Source: Planctomycetota bacterium
GTDB taxonomy: Bacteria > Planctomycetota > PUPC01 > DSUN01
DNA length: 64,000 nt
Direction: 5' to 3'
Assembly: GCA_035384565.1 (NCBI GenBank)
Contig: DAOOIT010000017.1
Coordinates: 24,579 to 88,578, forward strand
In this document: piece after piece, positions 9,364-20,607 of the stretch
Position numbering within the stretch: position 1 is the first letter of the stretch
How the letters are laid out: each line of letters opens with the position of its first letter
Program-made: the position numbers and the translations under genes
The notes under the pieces: model-generated
What the model was told of the DNA's origin: nothing
Databases searched by the model: none
Seen by the model: only the letters and a program-made list of their open reading frames with translations

Positions 9364-9465
9364 TCTCTGGAGGTAGTTTCCGTTGCGGACTCTCATAGCG
9401 ACGAGCGTCCCGCTTGTCGAACGGACGAAGCGAGCCGCTTCCCCTATTCCGGGGATTCCCGCAAT
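9364..9465. repeat. Family 3 repeat, copy 1
   Basis: Shares TCCGTTGCGACTC...AGCGAC.AGCGTCC.GCTTGTCGAACGG...TTCCGGGGAT with 43052-43180. Confidence 0.5.
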
Positions 9466-9479
9466 AGAAGCTGCCTGCG

Positions 9480-9760
9480 ATTCCGGCCTGCACCCCCGGA
9501 AAGGGGTGTGGGCCGGAGTTGTAGGTGGCTGCTGGAGCTCCGAAGGAGCGAAATGGGATAGCCCAGGGCAACGCCCTGGGAACCAGACCGCCCCGCGGCA
9601 GCCCTGACAGGGCGGAATAGAGAGCTTCTATCTCGCCCCTTCAGGGCTGGACCCGTGAATCCCACTGAACCCAGGGCGTTGCCCTGGGCTATCCCATGCG
9701 AGCCCTTCAGGCTCCAGAGAGAACCACCCTGCCTACAATTCCGGCCCACACCCCCCGGGA
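9480..9760. repeat. About 280-bp nested near-perfect palindrome
   Basis: Outer arms GGGGTGTGGGCCGGAGTTGTAGG / CCTACAATTCCGGCCCACACCCC. Inner arms GGGATAGCCCAGGGCAACGCCCTGGG and its reverse complement. Confidence 0.65.
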
Positions 9761-9948
9761 AACCTCGGCTTGAATTCGCGCGGGCAGGCCAATAGCATGG
9801 CGGTGGAGCGAGAGGCCACTTGGCTCGGCCGCCCCCCACTCCATCGCCGCCGCGGTCCGTGGGTGGGGCCGTGCTCTGCGGGGCTCACGCTCATTGCCGC
9901 AGGCGTTCCGGGACGGAGCGCCGAACCCACAGGCAGCGGGGCGCGCTC

Positions 9949-10911
9949 GTGAGCATCGCAGACCGGATTCGAGCCGCGTGCCAGGCTGTTGCGCAGTGCG
10001 CAACGCGCGTGCGCATCCGCGAGGCGCGGATCGCGGACTACGCCGCTTCGCTCCCGCTCGACCAGGCGGCGCGCCCGCAACACGACCCGGCCACGCACTA
10101 TCTCGGCCGCGGCGGCGAGACGGTGGCCTTCTTCCTCACGCTCGACACCGTGAACTTCGGCTCGGGCTACTTCCCCCACCTGCGGAAGCGGCCCGGCCAC
10201 TCCGGCTACTTCACCGTCGCGGCGTCGCTCGCCGATGCCTTTCGCGCCCGAGGGCCATTCGCCGCGGAGGAGCTGGCCCGGCTCACCGCGCCCGATTGCG
10301 CGGCCCTCTTCGGCCAGGAGGACGCCGCCGAGCCGATCGGCGAGCTGATGCGCCTGTTCGCCCGGGCGCTGAACGACCTGGGGCGGTTCCTGCTCGAGCG
10401 CTTCGGCGGCGACTTCCTGCGGCTGGTCGCGGCGGCCGAAGGCTCGGCCGAGCGGCTCGCCGCCCTGCTCGCCGAGATGGCGTACTTCCAGGACGTCGAG
10501 CCGTACGGCGCCTGGCAGGTGCCGTTCTACAAGCGGGCGCAGCTTGCGGCGGCCGACCTCGCGATCGCCTTCGGCGGCGAGGGGCCGGGCCGCTTCGGCG
10601 ACCTCGACCGCCTGACGATCTTCGCCGACAACCTGGTGCCCCACGTGCTGCGCGTGGACGGCGTGCTGGCCTACGACGAGGGCCTGGCCGCGCGCATTGA
10701 TGCCGGCGAGCTTGTCCCCGCCGGCTCGCCCGAGGAGGTGGAGATTCGCGCCTGCGCCCTTCATGCGGTGGAGCGGATGGTGGGCGCGCTCCGCGCGGCG
10801 GGCCGCGGCGACGTGACGGCGATGGGGCTGGACTACGTGCTCTGGAACCGCGGGCAGCAGCCGCACTACAAGGCGCAGCCGCGGCACCGCACCCGCACGG
10901 TGTTCTACTAG
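9949..10911 (+). CDS. Queuosine-salvage family protein (DUF2419/Qng1-like), tentative
   Basis: TLDTVNFGSGYF motif region. GTG start at 9949 chosen because the upstream part of the ORF overlaps a 280-bp palindrome. Confidence 0.45.
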   Translation: MSIADRIRAACQAVAQCATRVRIREARIADYAASLPLDQAARPQHDPATHYLGRGGETVAFFLTLDTVNFGSGYFPHLRKRPGHSGYFTVAASLADAFRARGPFAAEELARLTAPDCAALFGQEDAAEPIGELMRLFARALNDLGRFLLERFGGDFLRLVAAAEGSAERLAALLAEMAYFQDVEPYGAWQVPFYKRAQLAAADLAIAFGGEGPGRFGDLDRLTIFADNLVPHVLRVDGVLAYDEGLAARIDAGELVPAGSPEEVEIRACALHAVERMVGALRAAGRGDVTAMGLDYVLWNRGQQPHYKAQPRHRTRTVFY

Positions 10912-11191
10912 GGTCTGTGCGGAAATCCACGCGGGCTGCGTTGCCGGCGCCAGCGGGGCGGATGCAAGGCGCGGCGACGCAGGCGATGCTACGGAGCGCA
11001 TCGCTGAGGAGCCGCAACGCGGCAGACACCCCGCTGCCGCCGCAACCCGAAGGGAAGCCGCGACCTATGGCCTCGAGCTGTGTCGCTCGTCGTCAACGAT
11101 GCTCTCCGCCGCATCGCCTCCTCCGCGCTCCTTGCTCGCGGCCAGAATTCGCGGCGTCGCAGTCCCGCGTGGATTCCCGCACAGACCCTAG
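10909..11191. repeat. MITE-like palindromic element, long form (family 1), with about 30-bp terminal inverted repeats
   Basis: Left end TAGGGTCTGTGCGGAAATCCACGCGGGCTGCG and right end CGCAGTCCCGCGTGGATTCCCGCACAGACCCTAG are reverse complements. Confidence 0.7.
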
Positions 11192-11991
11192 AATTGGCCC
11201 TTGTTATCCGCCTCGGGCTTCTGGGGCTTCTCGCGCTTCTCCATCCCCCTGCGGGCGTCTTCCTCGGCGGCGCGGCGGCGCATGTCGGCCTCTCTCTGGA
11301 GCGCGCGCAGGCGTTCCTCCGTCTCCATGCGCATGCGGTGTTCCATCGCCTCGCGCAGCCGGGCGGCGCCCTCGGGGTCCTGCTTGGCCAGTTCGGCGAT
11401 GAGCTGGCGATGAAGCATTCGGAGCACGAGGGCGCGGATCTCCGGCCCCATGTCGTCCTCGTCGAGAGCGATCTCGAGCGTGCCGCCGTTGCCGATGGGC
11501 AGGCTCACCTTGCCGAAGGGCTGGCCCCCCTTGCGCATCATCTTCTCGTGGTCCGCCTTCAGCAGGGCCTTCTCCTGCTTCGGCTTCAGGGCGGCAAACT
11601 CGCGCTCGCCCTCCTTGGCCACCTCCACCACCACGGCGCCGTCGCGGACGTCCATCTTCCCGCCGGCGAGGCGCGCGATCCACTGGAGCGCCTGGCCCAC
11701 CGGCATCTCGTTCACCCGCAGCGTGAGCGGCATCTGCTTGTCGAGGCCGGGATCCACGATCAGGTTCACCCCGATGAGCTGCTGCATGAAGTTCATCACG
11801 TCCACAATCGGCGTCTCGACGAAGTCGAAGGTCACCTTCTTCGTCTTGAGGAGTTCCTTGATCTTCTTGTCGGCCTCGGGTTCCTCGGCGCCGGCGGCGG
11901 GCTTCGGCTTCTTGTCGGGCGCAGCCGGCTCGCCGCAGAGGCCCGCACGCATCCACAAGGCGGCCAGCAACGCCACGAGAGTGAGTCTCAT
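11188..11991 (-). CDS. Secreted protein with secretin/TonB N-terminal (STN)-like domain and KE-rich coiled-coil tail
   Basis: Signal peptide MRLTLVALLAALW. Last gene of the ECF sigma operon. Confidence 0.5.
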   Translation of the reverse strand: MRLTLVALLAALWMRAGLCGEPAAPDKKPKPAAGAEEPEADKKIKELLKTKKVTFDFVETPIVDVMNFMQQLIGVNLIVDPGLDKQMPLTLRVNEMPVGQALQWIARLAGGKMDVRDGAVVVEVAKEGEREFAALKPKQEKALLKADHEKMMRKGGQPFGKVSLPIGNGGTLEIALDEDDMGPEIRALVLRMLHRQLIAELAKQDPEGAARLREAMEHRMRMETEERLRALQREADMRRRAAEEDARRGMEKREKPQKPEADNKGQF

Positions 11992-12002
11992 TCTCCAGGC
12001 TC

Positions 12003-12458
12003 CTAGTCCAGGGTTTCGTAGCCCACGGTCGCTGCGAACGCGCGGGGCGACGGGGCCGGAGCATCGGCCCCGCGCACGTTGGGCCGTGCGAACACCACGA
12101 GCTTGTTGTCGAAGTGCCCCAGGATCACGCGATGGGCGGCCTCGCCGCTGGAGGCCAACACGGCGGCGAAAGCGGGCGAGGGCGTGGGCGCGGGGCTCAC
12201 CGGTTCGGGCTCGAGCGGCGCCCTCATCGCGTTCGTTGCGAGGGGTTTCGCGCCATCGGCTCCGCTCTCGAGCCCGAGGCGGACCGCGCCGCCCACGGCC
12301 AGCGCGGCCGCCGCGGCGGCGGCGAGGCGGATGAGCCGCCTGCGGGCGCGCCGGGCGCGCGTGGCGGCCACCACGCGGTGGGCCAGGCCGGCCGGCGCGG
12401 CGTCGGGCGCGGCCTGCCGCAGCAGGGCATCGAGTTGGGCGTCGTCGCGCTCGTCCAT
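12003..12458 (-). CDS. Anti-sigma factor (single TM)
   Basis: Immediately downstream of the ECF sigma gene. Central hydrophobic helix LIRLAAAAAAALAVGG. Confidence 0.5.
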   Translation of the reverse strand: MDERDDAQLDALLRQAAPDAAPAGLAHRVVAATRARRARRRLIRLAAAAAAALAVGGAVRLGLESGADGAKPLATNAMRAPLEPEPVSPAPTPSPAFAAVLASSGEAAHRVILGHFDNKLVVFARPNVRGADAPAPSPRAFAATVGYETLD

Positions 12459-12461
12459 CGC

Positions 12462-12989
12462 TCACTCCTCGAGGAAGGCGGCCAGGTGCCGCCGCATCTG
12501 CTGTCGGGCCTTGTGCAGCCTCACGCGATAGGCCTCGGGCGAGCAGCCCAGCAGCGTGGCGGCTTCGGCCGAGGTCAGCCCGCCCTCCATCGCCAGGGCC
12601 AATGCCTCGCGGCACAGGGGCGACAGCGCCGCGAGGGCACGGTCCACGCTCTGCCGCAACTCGACGCCGGCCAGCTCGGTCTCCGGCGTCCGATGGTGCT
12701 CTATCTCCTGCTCTGGCTGCCACTTGCGGTGCTCGCGGCGCCGCTGGGCGATTCGCACGGCCATCGTCCGCAGCCAGCCGCCGAACGCCTTGGGCTCGCG
12801 AAGCTGGCGGAGGCGGACGAAGGCCTCGACGAAGGCCTCCTGCGCCACGTCCGCGGCCAGCTCGCGGTCGCCCGTGAGCATCCAGGCCAGCCGCACGAGC
12901 GGCGCCTGGAACGCCTCGACCAGTTGCCGCCACGCCACCTCGGAGCCGGCCTTGGCTGCGGCCACCATGCTCGCCAGGTCGGGCTCCAT
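12462..12989 (-). CDS. RNA polymerase ECF-type sigma-70 factor
   Basis: Sigma70 region 2 and region 4 motifs. Confidence 0.85.
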   Translation of the reverse strand: MEPDLASMVAAAKAGSEVAWRQLVEAFQAPLVRLAWMLTGDRELAADVAQEAFVEAFVRLRQLREPKAFGGWLRTMAVRIAQRRREHRKWQPEQEIEHHRTPETELAGVELRQSVDRALAALSPLCREALALAMEGGLTSAEAATLLGCSPEAYRVRLHKARQQMRRHLAAFLEE

Positions 12990-13046
12990 GCTGCGACTCG
13001 CTCTATCCCTAAGTGCCGCGAGTGCGGCTCTTGTTAGCCATGGGTG

Positions 13047-13865
13047 TCATCTGAGGCTGCGAAGAGCCAGCCAGGCGGCCACGGCGAGGAACGCCAGGGT
13101 TGCGGCGGCCACGGCTGCGCACAAGCCCGGCCGCCGCCGGGCCAGGAACCCGAGGTGGCTGCCGATGGTGCCGCCGAGGCGCGCCTTCGACTTGCCGCGC
13201 GCCCGAGCGCGCAGGTGGCCGGGGATCTCTTCGATCCTCAGGCCACGCTCGAATGCCTGGCTGAGGATCTCCAGATGGATGTCCTTGCCATCCTCGGTGA
13301 GCGTCAGCCGCTCGAGCGCCTCGCGGCGATACCCGCGCACGATACAGGTGGAGGTGTAGATGCGCTCGGGCCACGCGAAGCGCAGCAGCCAGTTGCCCAG
13401 GCGGCTGGGCAGCAGGCGCTTCCACGGCACGCCCGCGCTCGTGCCGCCGGGCATGTAGGCCGAGGCCAGCACGATGTCGGGCCCGCCCGCGCGTCTCAGC
13501 GCTTCGTGCATGCGGAGGATGTGCGACGGCTCGTAACTCAGGTCGAAATCAACACTTACGACGAATGCTCCGCGCGCGGCTGCGAAGCCTGTGCGCAAAG
13601 CGCGGCCGCGGCCGGCGTTAGGCGTGTAGCCGACGACCCGCACGCGCGGGTCGCGCGCCGCCTCGGCCTCGGCCCGGGCGCGCGAGGCGTCGGTGCTCCC
13701 GTCGTCCACCATCACCAGTTCCCAGGAGCCGGCGAAGCCGGCCATCGCCTCGCGCACGCGGCGCGCCGTGTCGGCGATGCTCTCCTCCTCGTTGAACATC
13801 GGGGCGATGATCGAGAGGTCCACAGCGTCGGGCAAGGGTGCCGCTCCTTTGCTCCTCGCCGTCAT
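13047..13865 (-). CDS. Family 2 glycosyltransferase (dolichyl-phosphate mannose synthase-like)
   Basis: SIIAPMFNEE...VMVDDGSTD GT2 motifs. C-terminal TM. Confidence 0.8.
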   Translation of the reverse strand: MTARSKGAAPLPDAVDLSIIAPMFNEEESIADTARRVREAMAGFAGSWELVMVDDGSTDASRARAEAEAARDPRVRVVGYTPNAGRGRALRTGFAAARGAFVVSVDFDLSYEPSHILRMHEALRRAGGPDIVLASAYMPGGTSAGVPWKRLLPSRLGNWLLRFAWPERIYTSTCIVRGYRREALERLTLTEDGKDIHLEILSQAFERGLRIEEIPGHLRARARGKSKARLGGTIGSHLGFLARRRPGLCAAVAAATLAFLAVAAWLALRSLR

Positions 13866-13903
13866 TCTAGCATGGAGGGGGCGGGGCGCAAGAGAGCGCG
13901 AGG

Positions 13904-15685
13904 CTACAAGTTGCGAAACCTTCTACGTTGGCCCGGTCTCGGCTGCCCCGGTCTGCCGCCGCCCCACTTGCCGACCAGGATGGCATGCTGGCGCATCCGC
14001 TGGGCGTCGGTGCGGGCGACGGGAATGGGATGGCCATCGGGGTCAATGCCGGCGTAGTACATTGCGGTGGCCACGGTGCCGGGGGTGGGGATGAAGCACT
14101 GCACCTGTTGGGGCCTCCAGCCGCGGGCGCGCAGCCAGTGGGCCAGGGCGCGCATGTCGGCGTCGGTGCAGCCGGGGAAGGCGCTGAGGAGGTAAGGTAT
14201 CACGTATTGTTCCTTGCCCGCCTCGCGCGAGACACGCTCGAAGACGGTGAGGAACTGCTCGAAGGCGGCGAAGGCCGGCTTGCGCATCAGGCGCAGCACG
14301 TGGCCCACGCAATGCTCGGGCGCGAGCTTGAGTTGGCCGCCCGTGAATTCGCCCACCAGCGCCTCCACATAGCCGGGCTCGGTCAATGCGAGGTCGTGCC
14401 GCACCCCGCTCGAGGTTCGCACGTGCCTCACCCCCGGCACCTTGGCGAGGGCGCGAAGCAGCTCGGCCAGGGCCTGCTGGTCGGCCGCGAAGTTCGGGCA
14501 AATGCTTGGTGTAAGGCAACTTACGCGACAGCAACTCGCGGGGTCGCCCGCGCACGTGGCACCCCACATGTTGGCCGAGGGGCCACCGACGTCCGACAGG
14601 CTGTCGCGCCAGGCCGGGTGCGTCGTGAGGCGGGCAGCCTCGGCGAGGACCGACTCGCGGCTCCGCGAGCGGATGCGACGGCCCTGGTGCTGCGCCAGGG
14701 CGCAAAACGAGCAGCCGCCCGCACAGCCGCGGTGGGTGGTGAGGCTGAACTGCACCATCTCGACCGCGGGGATCGGCTCGCAGTACGAGGGGTGGGGCGC
14801 GCGCGAGAATGGGAGGGCGTAAAGCGCGTCGAGTTCAGCGGTTGTGAGGGGCTCGGACGGCGGGGCGAACACCAGTGTGCGGCCTTGCGTGCTCTGCGCG
14901 GCCCAGGCCGAGCCGCCATGCACCTGGCGCTCGAGGAGCAGCGTGGCGGCCATGAGTTTCGCCGGGTCCGCCTCCATTTCCTCGTGAGAGGGCAGCGTCA
15001 GCCAGACTCTACCAGACTCGTCAGACTCGTGGGGCTTGCCCGCGGCCACCACGGTGCCTCGGACGCCGCGCAGCGCGGCGTCTGGGCAGGCGGCACCCGG
15101 TCCGCGGCCCGCCAGCCGCTGGGCGATCTCCAGCACCGCCCGCTCGGCCATGCCGTAGACCAGCAGGTCAGCCTTGCTGTCGAGGAGCAGCGAGCGGCGG
15201 AGCCTGTCGGTCCAGAAGTCGTAGTGGCTCGCCCGGCGCATCGAGGCCTCGATGCCGCCGATGATCACGGGCAGGCCGGGAAACGCCTGCCGCACGAGGT
15301 TGGTGTAGACGATGGTCGCTCGGTTGGGCCGTGCCCCGGCCCGGCCGCCGGGGGTGTAGGCGTCGTCGTGCCGCTTCTTGCGGAAGGCGGTGTAGTGGGC
15401 GAGCATCGAGTCGAGGGCGCCCGCCGTCACGCCCGCGAAGAGGCGCGGGCGGCCCAGCGCGGCGATGCCCGCAGGAGTGTCCCACTGCGGCTGGGCGATG
15501 ATGCCCGTGCGAAAGCCATGGGCCACCAGCCATCGCCCCAGCAGCGCGGCGCCGAAGGCGGGGTGGTCCACATACGCATCCCCCGTCACCAGGAGAACAT
15601 CCAGCGTGTCCCACCCCAGCCGGTCCATTTCGGCGCGGCTCATGGGCAGGAAGGGGGGCTGGGGCAGTGTGGGGGGCTGGGCCAT
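13904..15685 (-). CDS. YgiQ family radical SAM protein (UPF0313)
   Basis: [15 protein letters not shown]...[10 protein letters not shown] matches the E. coli YgiQ N-terminus. Start ambiguous (15643, 15685 or 15781). Confidence 0.8.
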   Translation of the reverse strand: MAQPPTLPQPPFLPMSRAEMDRLGWDTLDVLLVTGDAYVDHPAFGAALLGRWLVAHGFRTGIIAQPQWDTPAGIAALGRPRLFAGVTAGALDSMLAHYTAFRKKRHDDAYTPGGRAGARPNRATIVYTNLVRQAFPGLPVIIGGIEASMRRASHYDFWTDRLRRSLLLDSKADLLVYGMAERAVLEIAQRLAGRGPGAACPDAALRGVRGTVVAAGKPHESDESGRVWLTLPSHEEMEADPAKLMAATLLLERQVHGGSAWAAQSTQGRTLVFAPPSEPLTTAELDALYALPFSRAPHPSYCEPIPAVEMVQFSLTTHRGCAGGCSFCALAQHQGRRIRSRSRESVLAEAARLTTHPAWRDSLSDVGGPSANMWGATCAGDPASCCRVSCLTPSICPNFAADQQALAELLRALAKVPGVRHVRTSSGVRHDLALTEPGYVEALVGEFTGGQLKLAPEHCVGHVLRLMRKPAFAAFEQFLTVFERVSREAGKEQYVIPYLLSAFPGCTDADMRALAHWLRARGWRPQQVQCFIPTPGTVATAMYYAGIDPDGHPIPVARTDAQRMRQHAILVGKWGGGRPGQPRPGQRRRFRNL

Positions 15686-15841
15686 CGGACGCCTCGGCGG
15701 GGGCCTGTGCTCACAGAGGGCTGTTCTGCTATGAGAATACGGGATTGGGGGGCGAAGATCAAAGGATGCCCGGGCGCGCAACCAGGGTTGGGGTTCCTGC
15801 GCTGCCGGTGGAGCTCGATGCAGGAAGCCGTCGCCGAGGGG

Positions 15842-17196
<1,355 letters not shown>

Positions 17197-17200
<4 letters not shown>

Positions 17201-17931
17201 GGGCGGCCCTCCGGGGTGGCGGAACCGGGCGGGGCGAGCGGCAGGCGGACGGTGAAGTGGGTGCCCTTGCCCACGTCGCTCTCGACGGCGATGGAGCCGC
17301 CGTGGAGTTCGAGGATGCGCCGCGCGGTGCAGAGGCCCAGGCCGCTGCCGCCCTCTTTGGTGGAGAAGTAGAGGTCGAAGATCCGCCCGAGCTGGTGGTC
17401 GGGGATGCCGATGCCCGTGTCGGTGACGTCAATCTGCACGCCGGGCGGGCTGGCCGAGGTGGCGACGATGAGTTCGCCGCCCTTGGGCATGGCCTCTTCG
17501 GCGTTGATGAGCAGGTTGAGCAGGGCCTGCTTGAGCAGCTTGGGGTCGGCCTGGATCACGGGCAGGTCGGCGGCGAGCTGGCTGCGCACCCGGATGCCGA
17601 GCTGCGCGGCCTTGGGCGCGATGAAGTCGAGCAGCTCCTGGACCAGGAGATTCACTTCGCACGGCTGCGGGCTGGCGTGCGGGGTGCGGGCGTAGCGCAG
17701 GAAGTCCTCGAGGAGGCCGACGAGGCGGGTGGTCTCGCGCTCGAGGGTCTGAAGGCGCTTCAGGGTGCGGCGCTCGCGCGGGGTGGTGGCGTCGCGCTGC
17801 CAGTCCTCGAGCATGAGTTGCAGGTTGAGGCTGATGGTGCTCAGCGGGTTCTTGATCTCGTGGGCCAGGCCGGCGGCCAGGGTGACCACGTGGGACCAGG
17901 CGTTGTCGTGCGGAGCGGGGTGCGTGCTCAT
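17197..17931 (-). CDS. Sensor histidine kinase (cytoplasmic HisKA+HATPase)
   Basis: HEIKNPL H-box. 4-nt overlap with the regulator gene. Start at ATG 17931. Confidence 0.7.
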
Positions 17932-18025
17932 GGCCGTCCTGGCACCGGGCCGGGGGCGGAATCGGGCGGTCTCCGGGGCGATGGCCAGGGCCTGCCTCGG
18001 GGCCGGAGGCACTCGGCGCGGCGGC

Positions 18026-18232
18026 TCAGGCGAGGCGGATGACGTTCTCGGCAGCGAGGCCCTTGTTGCCCTGCACGATGTCGAGCTGCACCGCCTCGCC
18101 ATCCTCGAGGGTCTTGAAGTCCTCGGAGTCCTTGATGTTGCGCCAGTGGACGAAGATGTCGGGCTGCCCGTCCACCGTGATGAAGCCATAGCCCTTCTTG
18201 GGGTCGAACCACTTCACGATGCCTTGAGCCAT
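18026..18232 (-). CDS. Cold-shock protein (CspA family)
   Basis: GIVKWFDPKKGYGFI RNP motif. Confidence 0.9.
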   Translation of the reverse strand: MAQGIVKWFDPKKGYGFITVDGQPDIFVHWRNIKDSEDFKTLEDGEAVQLDIVQGNKGLAAENVIRLA

Positions 18233-18297
18233 CCGGGCGTCTCCCTGCGGGGGAAGCGGCGGCGCGCCCCCGGCGGGGCCGGGGGCGCGCCGCGCGA

Positions 18298-20424
18298 TCA
18301 GCGTCTGCCGCCGTTGGGGCTCGGGGGCGGCCCGTCGTCGCGCCCCACGGCCTTGCGGCTGAGTTTCACGCGGCCCTGGTCGTCAATGGAGATGACCTTG
18401 ACCTTCACCTCGTCGCCCACGCGCACCTCGTCCTCGACCCTCTCGACATAGCGGTCGGCGAGTTCGGAGATGTGGCAGAGGCCCTCCTGGCCGGGGAGGA
18501 ACTCGATGAAGGCGCCGAAGTTCTTGGTCGAGACGACGCGGCCGTTGTACACCTTGCCGATCTCGGCGGTGGCCACGAGGCCGAGGATCAGGTCGCGGGC
18601 GCGCTCGGCGGCCCGCACGTCGGGCGAGGCGATGGTGATCACGCCGCTGTCTTCGATCTCCACCTTGGCGCCGGATTCGGCCTCGATGCTGCGGATCATC
18701 TTGCCGCCGGGGCCGATCACGGTGCCGATCTTGGCGGGGTCGATCTGCACGCGGAGCAGGCGCGGCGCGTAGGGCGAGATGTCGTGCCGCGGGCGGTCGA
18801 GCGTGCGGAGCATCTCGCGCAGGATGTGGATGCGCGCCTCGCGCGCCTGCTCGAGGGCGGCTCGCATCACGCTGTCGCTCAGCCCGCCGATCTTGATGTC
18901 CATCTGCAACGCCGTCACGCCGTGCTGGGTGCCGGCCACCTTGAAGTCCATGTCGCCGAAGTGGTCCTCATCCCCCAGGATGTCGGTGAGGATGGCCACC
19001 TTGTCGCCTTCTTTGATCAGGCCCATGGCGATGCCGGCCACGGGGTCGCGGATGGGGATGCCGGCGTCCATCATCGAGAGCGTGGCGCCGCACACGGTGG
19101 CCATGGAGGAGGAGCCGTTGGATTCGAGGATTTCGGAGACGATGCGGATGGTGTAGGGGAAGTCCTCGCAGGAGGGCAGCACGGGCTCGAAGGCCCGCTC
19201 GGCGAGGGCGCCGTGGCCGATCTCGCGGCGGCCGGGGCCGCGCTCGGGCCGCACCTCGCCGACCGAGAAGCCGGGGAAGTTGTAGTGGAGCATGAACTTG
19301 CGCGTGTAGTCTTCGAAGAGGCTCTCGACCCATTCCTCGTCGGTCGAGGTGCCGAGCGTGGTGGCCACGAGGGCCTGGGTTTCGCCGCGGGTGAAGAGCG
19401 CCGAGCCGTGGGCGCGGGGCAGGACGGCGACCTCGCAGGCGATGGGGCGGATGTCCTTGGGGCCGCGGCCGTCGCAGCGGGTGCCCGAGGCCATCAGGCT
19501 GCGCATCACCTTGCCTTCGAGTTCCTCGAAGGCGGCCGCCACGTCGCCCTTCGGGTAGCCGTCTTCGTTCGTCTCGCTCTGGGCGAACTCCTCGAAGGCC
19601 TGTTGGCGTAACTGGATGACGGCGGCGCCGCGCTCGCGCTTGGCGCGGATCTGGAGGCGCTCCTGGAGCGGGCCGCGGTATTTCGCGTTCAGCTTGGCCT
19701 TGAGGTCCTCGGGCACGCCGGCGGCCTCGAAGAAGCGCGCGGTGACGCCGCAATCGCGCACCAGCTCCTCGATCATCTCGACGATCTGGCGGCAGGCGTC
19801 GTGCCCGAAGCGCAGGGCCTCGATGACGCTCGACTCGGGGATCTCCTTGGCGCCCGCCTCGACCATCACAATGGCGTCCTTCGAGGCGGCCATCACGAGG
19901 TCCAGGTCGCCGTCCGCCACCTGCTTGTAGGTGGGGTTGATGAGGAAGCGCCCGCCGATGCGCCCCACGCGCACGGCGCCCAGGGGGCCGAGGAAGGGGA
20001 TGGACGAGATGGACAGGGCGGCCGAGGAGCCGACCATGGCCAGGACGTCGGGGTCGTTGTCCTTGTCGGCCGACAGCACGATCGAGTGGATCATCACCTC
20101 TTCGCGGAAGCCCTTGGGGAAGAGGGGGCGCAGGGGGCGGTCGCACATGCGCGAGGTGAGGATTTCCTTGCGGCTCGGCCGCCCCTCGCGCTTCATGAAG
20201 CGTCCGCCGGGGATCTTGCCCGCCGCGTGGAACTTCTCGCGGTACTCCACCGTCAGCGGAAAGAAGTCGGTCTCGCGCCGCGCCTCGGCGCAGCTCACGG
20301 TGGACAGCACCACGGTGTCGCCGTAGCGCACCGTCACGGCGCCTTCCGCTTGCTTGGCGAGTTTGCCGGTCTCGATGATCAGGGGTCGGTCGCCGATGAC
20401 TCTCTCAACTCGATGAATGGCCAT
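18298..20424 (-). CDS. pnp: Polyribonucleotide nucleotidyltransferase (PNPase)
   Basis: Two RNase PH domains plus KH and S1 domains. 708 aa. Confidence 0.95.
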   Translation of the reverse strand: MAIHRVERVIGDRPLIIETGKLAKQAEGAVTVRYGDTVVLSTVSCAEARRETDFFPLTVEYREKFHAAGKIPGGRFMKREGRPSRKEILTSRMCDRPLRPLFPKGFREEVMIHSIVLSADKDNDPDVLAMVGSSAALSISSIPFLGPLGAVRVGRIGGRFLINPTYKQVADGDLDLVMAASKDAIVMVEAGAKEIPESSVIEALRFGHDACRQIVEMIEELVRDCGVTARFFEAAGVPEDLKAKLNAKYRGPLQERLQIRAKRERGAAVIQLRQQAFEEFAQSETNEDGYPKGDVAAAFEELEGKVMRSLMASGTRCDGRGPKDIRPIACEVAVLPRAHGSALFTRGETQALVATTLGTSTDEEWVESLFEDYTRKFMLHYNFPGFSVGEVRPERGPGRREIGHGALAERAFEPVLPSCEDFPYTIRIVSEILESNGSSSMATVCGATLSMMDAGIPIRDPVAGIAMGLIKEGDKVAILTDILGDEDHFGDMDFKVAGTQHGVTALQMDIKIGGLSDSVMRAALEQAREARIHILREMLRTLDRPRHDISPYAPRLLRVQIDPAKIGTVIGPGGKMIRSIEAESGAKVEIEDSGVITIASPDVRAAERARDLILGLVATAEIGKVYNGRVVSTKNFGAFIEFLPGQEGLCHISELADRYVERVEDEVRVGDEVKVKVISIDDQGRVKLSRKAVGRDDGPPPSPNGGRR

Positions 20425-20607
20425 GCGCGTCTCTTGCCTCCTGTGTGCCTTCTCCGCACGCCGGCCTACCCATAGGCCTGTCCTTGCCCGTCACACGTGG
20501 TGGGGAAAGCTCGTGTCGCTTGCCGATCTGCTCTCTCTTCCGTTCTCAGACCGCTCACCGGGCGGGGTTCGCTCTGGCTCGGAACAGGTTGCGAGTCGCC
20601 CGCGCGC

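Noticed and set aside
9820-9948. ORF-track start of the DUF2419 gene at 9820
   Set aside because: The N-terminal 43 codons are Arg/Pro-rich and overlap the 280-bp palindrome. Homolog length (about 320 aa) fits the GTG at 9949.
20425-20607. rpsO-pnp intergenic RNase III hairpin or terminator
   Set aside because: An imperfect GC hairpin exists (CCGCTCACCGGGCGG), but I could not confirm the long RNase III stem from inspection, so it is left unannotated.
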